DNA of 64,000 bases from Negaprion brevirostris (Eukaryota): the NCBI GenBank assembly GCA_030324005.1, contig JARDVH010000149.1, positions 11,732,910-11,796,909 of the forward strand. Reading direction: 5' to 3'. Positions within the stretch are counted from its first letter, which is position 1; each line of letters begins with the position of its first letter. The notes beneath the pieces were generated by a model that saw only the letters and a program-made list of their open reading frames with translations, ran no database searches and was not told where the DNA came from. The translations under genes were made by a program, and so were the position numbers. Of the stretch, positions 62,935-64,000 are shown piece after piece.

Positions 62935-63191
62935 CAAGAAGTCTCACAACTCCAGGTTAAAGTCCAACAGGTTTATTCAGTAGCACAAGCCACTAGCTTT
63001 CGGGACGCTGCTCCTTCATCAGGTAAGTGGGAGTTCTGCCCTGTTTGTGAACAGAACTCCCACTTACCTGATGAAGGAGCAGTGCTCCGAGAGCTAGTGG
63101 CTTGTGCTACCAAACAAACCTACTGGACTTCAATCTGGTGTTGTGAGACTATTTACTGTGTTTACCCCAGTCCAACGCCAGCATCTCCACT
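62935..63191. mobile_element. Penelope-like fold-back insertion with an 11-bp target-site duplication
   Basis: Two inverted copies of the terminus flanked by tcaagtcccat at 62924-62934 and 63192-63202. Inserted into a tRNA-like SINE head (gtagctcagtgg at about 62876). Confidence 0.85.
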
Positions 63192-64000
63192 TCAAGTCCC
63201 ATGCCAGAACTTGCCGGCTACGAAAGAATGCAGCCACAGATGCAGGTAAGCCAATGTGTTTTAGTGCCGGTTACCAGGGACAAAATAAATGGGAAATGTT
63301 AGCGGCAGAAAGGCTTTGTGGCTATAAAACCACATGCCAGATCCAAAAATGATGACTGATATAAAGGTAATCATCCACTATTGCAGAGACCTCATGTACA
63401 TGGGAAGAAAAGTTTATTAATCTGGAGAACACTAGATTGTCAAAACCTAGTGGCTTCAATATACCCCAGTCTTATTTTGAGTTTTTTGTTGATGATTTGT
63501 ACATCATTTTAAAAAATCTTTAAAAAATTAGCTTATTAAAGCAAACATTGAATTTTAGTCAGATTAGAAGATGAAAATCAATGTCATTTCTTGCACTACA
63601 ACTTTATTCCAAATGTTATGTAACAAGAAATATGTCTGATTTGGATGCAACAAAGGATTTTCAATACTCTGAAAAGTACCAATCACCAGGAGCACTAACC
63701 TTATGACACACATTTAAATACCCTCACTGGTTTAACATTTAGAGTGCAAACAAAGACAGCTAGTTTCAAGGTTCAGTTTTTAGCTTGTGACTTTCCTCCA
63801 CTGCCCTAAATTTGGCTGCAAAAGTATTTTCAGAGCACACTGCAAAATTCCAACAGGAGTAGATCATTCTGCAGAACCTGCCAAAACAATCCCTCAGGGA
63901 GTAAGATGGCTACATAAATGCAATAAACTTTTTTACTTTTTTGTGTGCATTATAGTTTCTAAAATTGGATCAAGTGCATGTTTTTTTTAGGTTGGACTGT

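Noticed and set aside
3800-63200. Dispersed ccaaataaacctgttggactttaacc repeats as a CRISPR-like array
   Set aside because: Eukaryotic context, copies kilobases apart, no repeat-spacer periodicity; they are retroelement ends.

Overview
Eukaryotic, AT-rich vertebrate genomic DNA from a gapped draft assembly. The repeat content (HE1/V-SINE, Deu-SINE, CR1/HER1-like, Penelope-like) points to a cartilaginous fish, probably a shark. Two genes converge tail-to-tail. The last two coding exons of NUP188 lie on the + strand (3628-5152). The 3' part of RAPGEF1 (C3G; serine-rich cassette region, REM domain and CDC25 GEF domain) lies on the - strand as 15 confidently placed exons (58264 down to the stop at 18119), all with consistent splice phases. 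The rest is intron, probable long 3' UTRs and retroelement fragments; most short ORFs in the track are noise. The notable observations are: (1) a U12-type AT-AC intron in RAPGEF1; (2) two candidate frame-preserving small exons (54 and 24 nt) in the C3G splicing hotspot; (3) Penelope-like ends carrying minimal hammerhead motifs, two of them as fold-back palindromes; (4) a local direct-plus-inverted duplication; (5) one SINE head with two different LINE-like tails. I found no unambiguous new multi-gene system. Gene and repeat names come from recognition, not from database searches.
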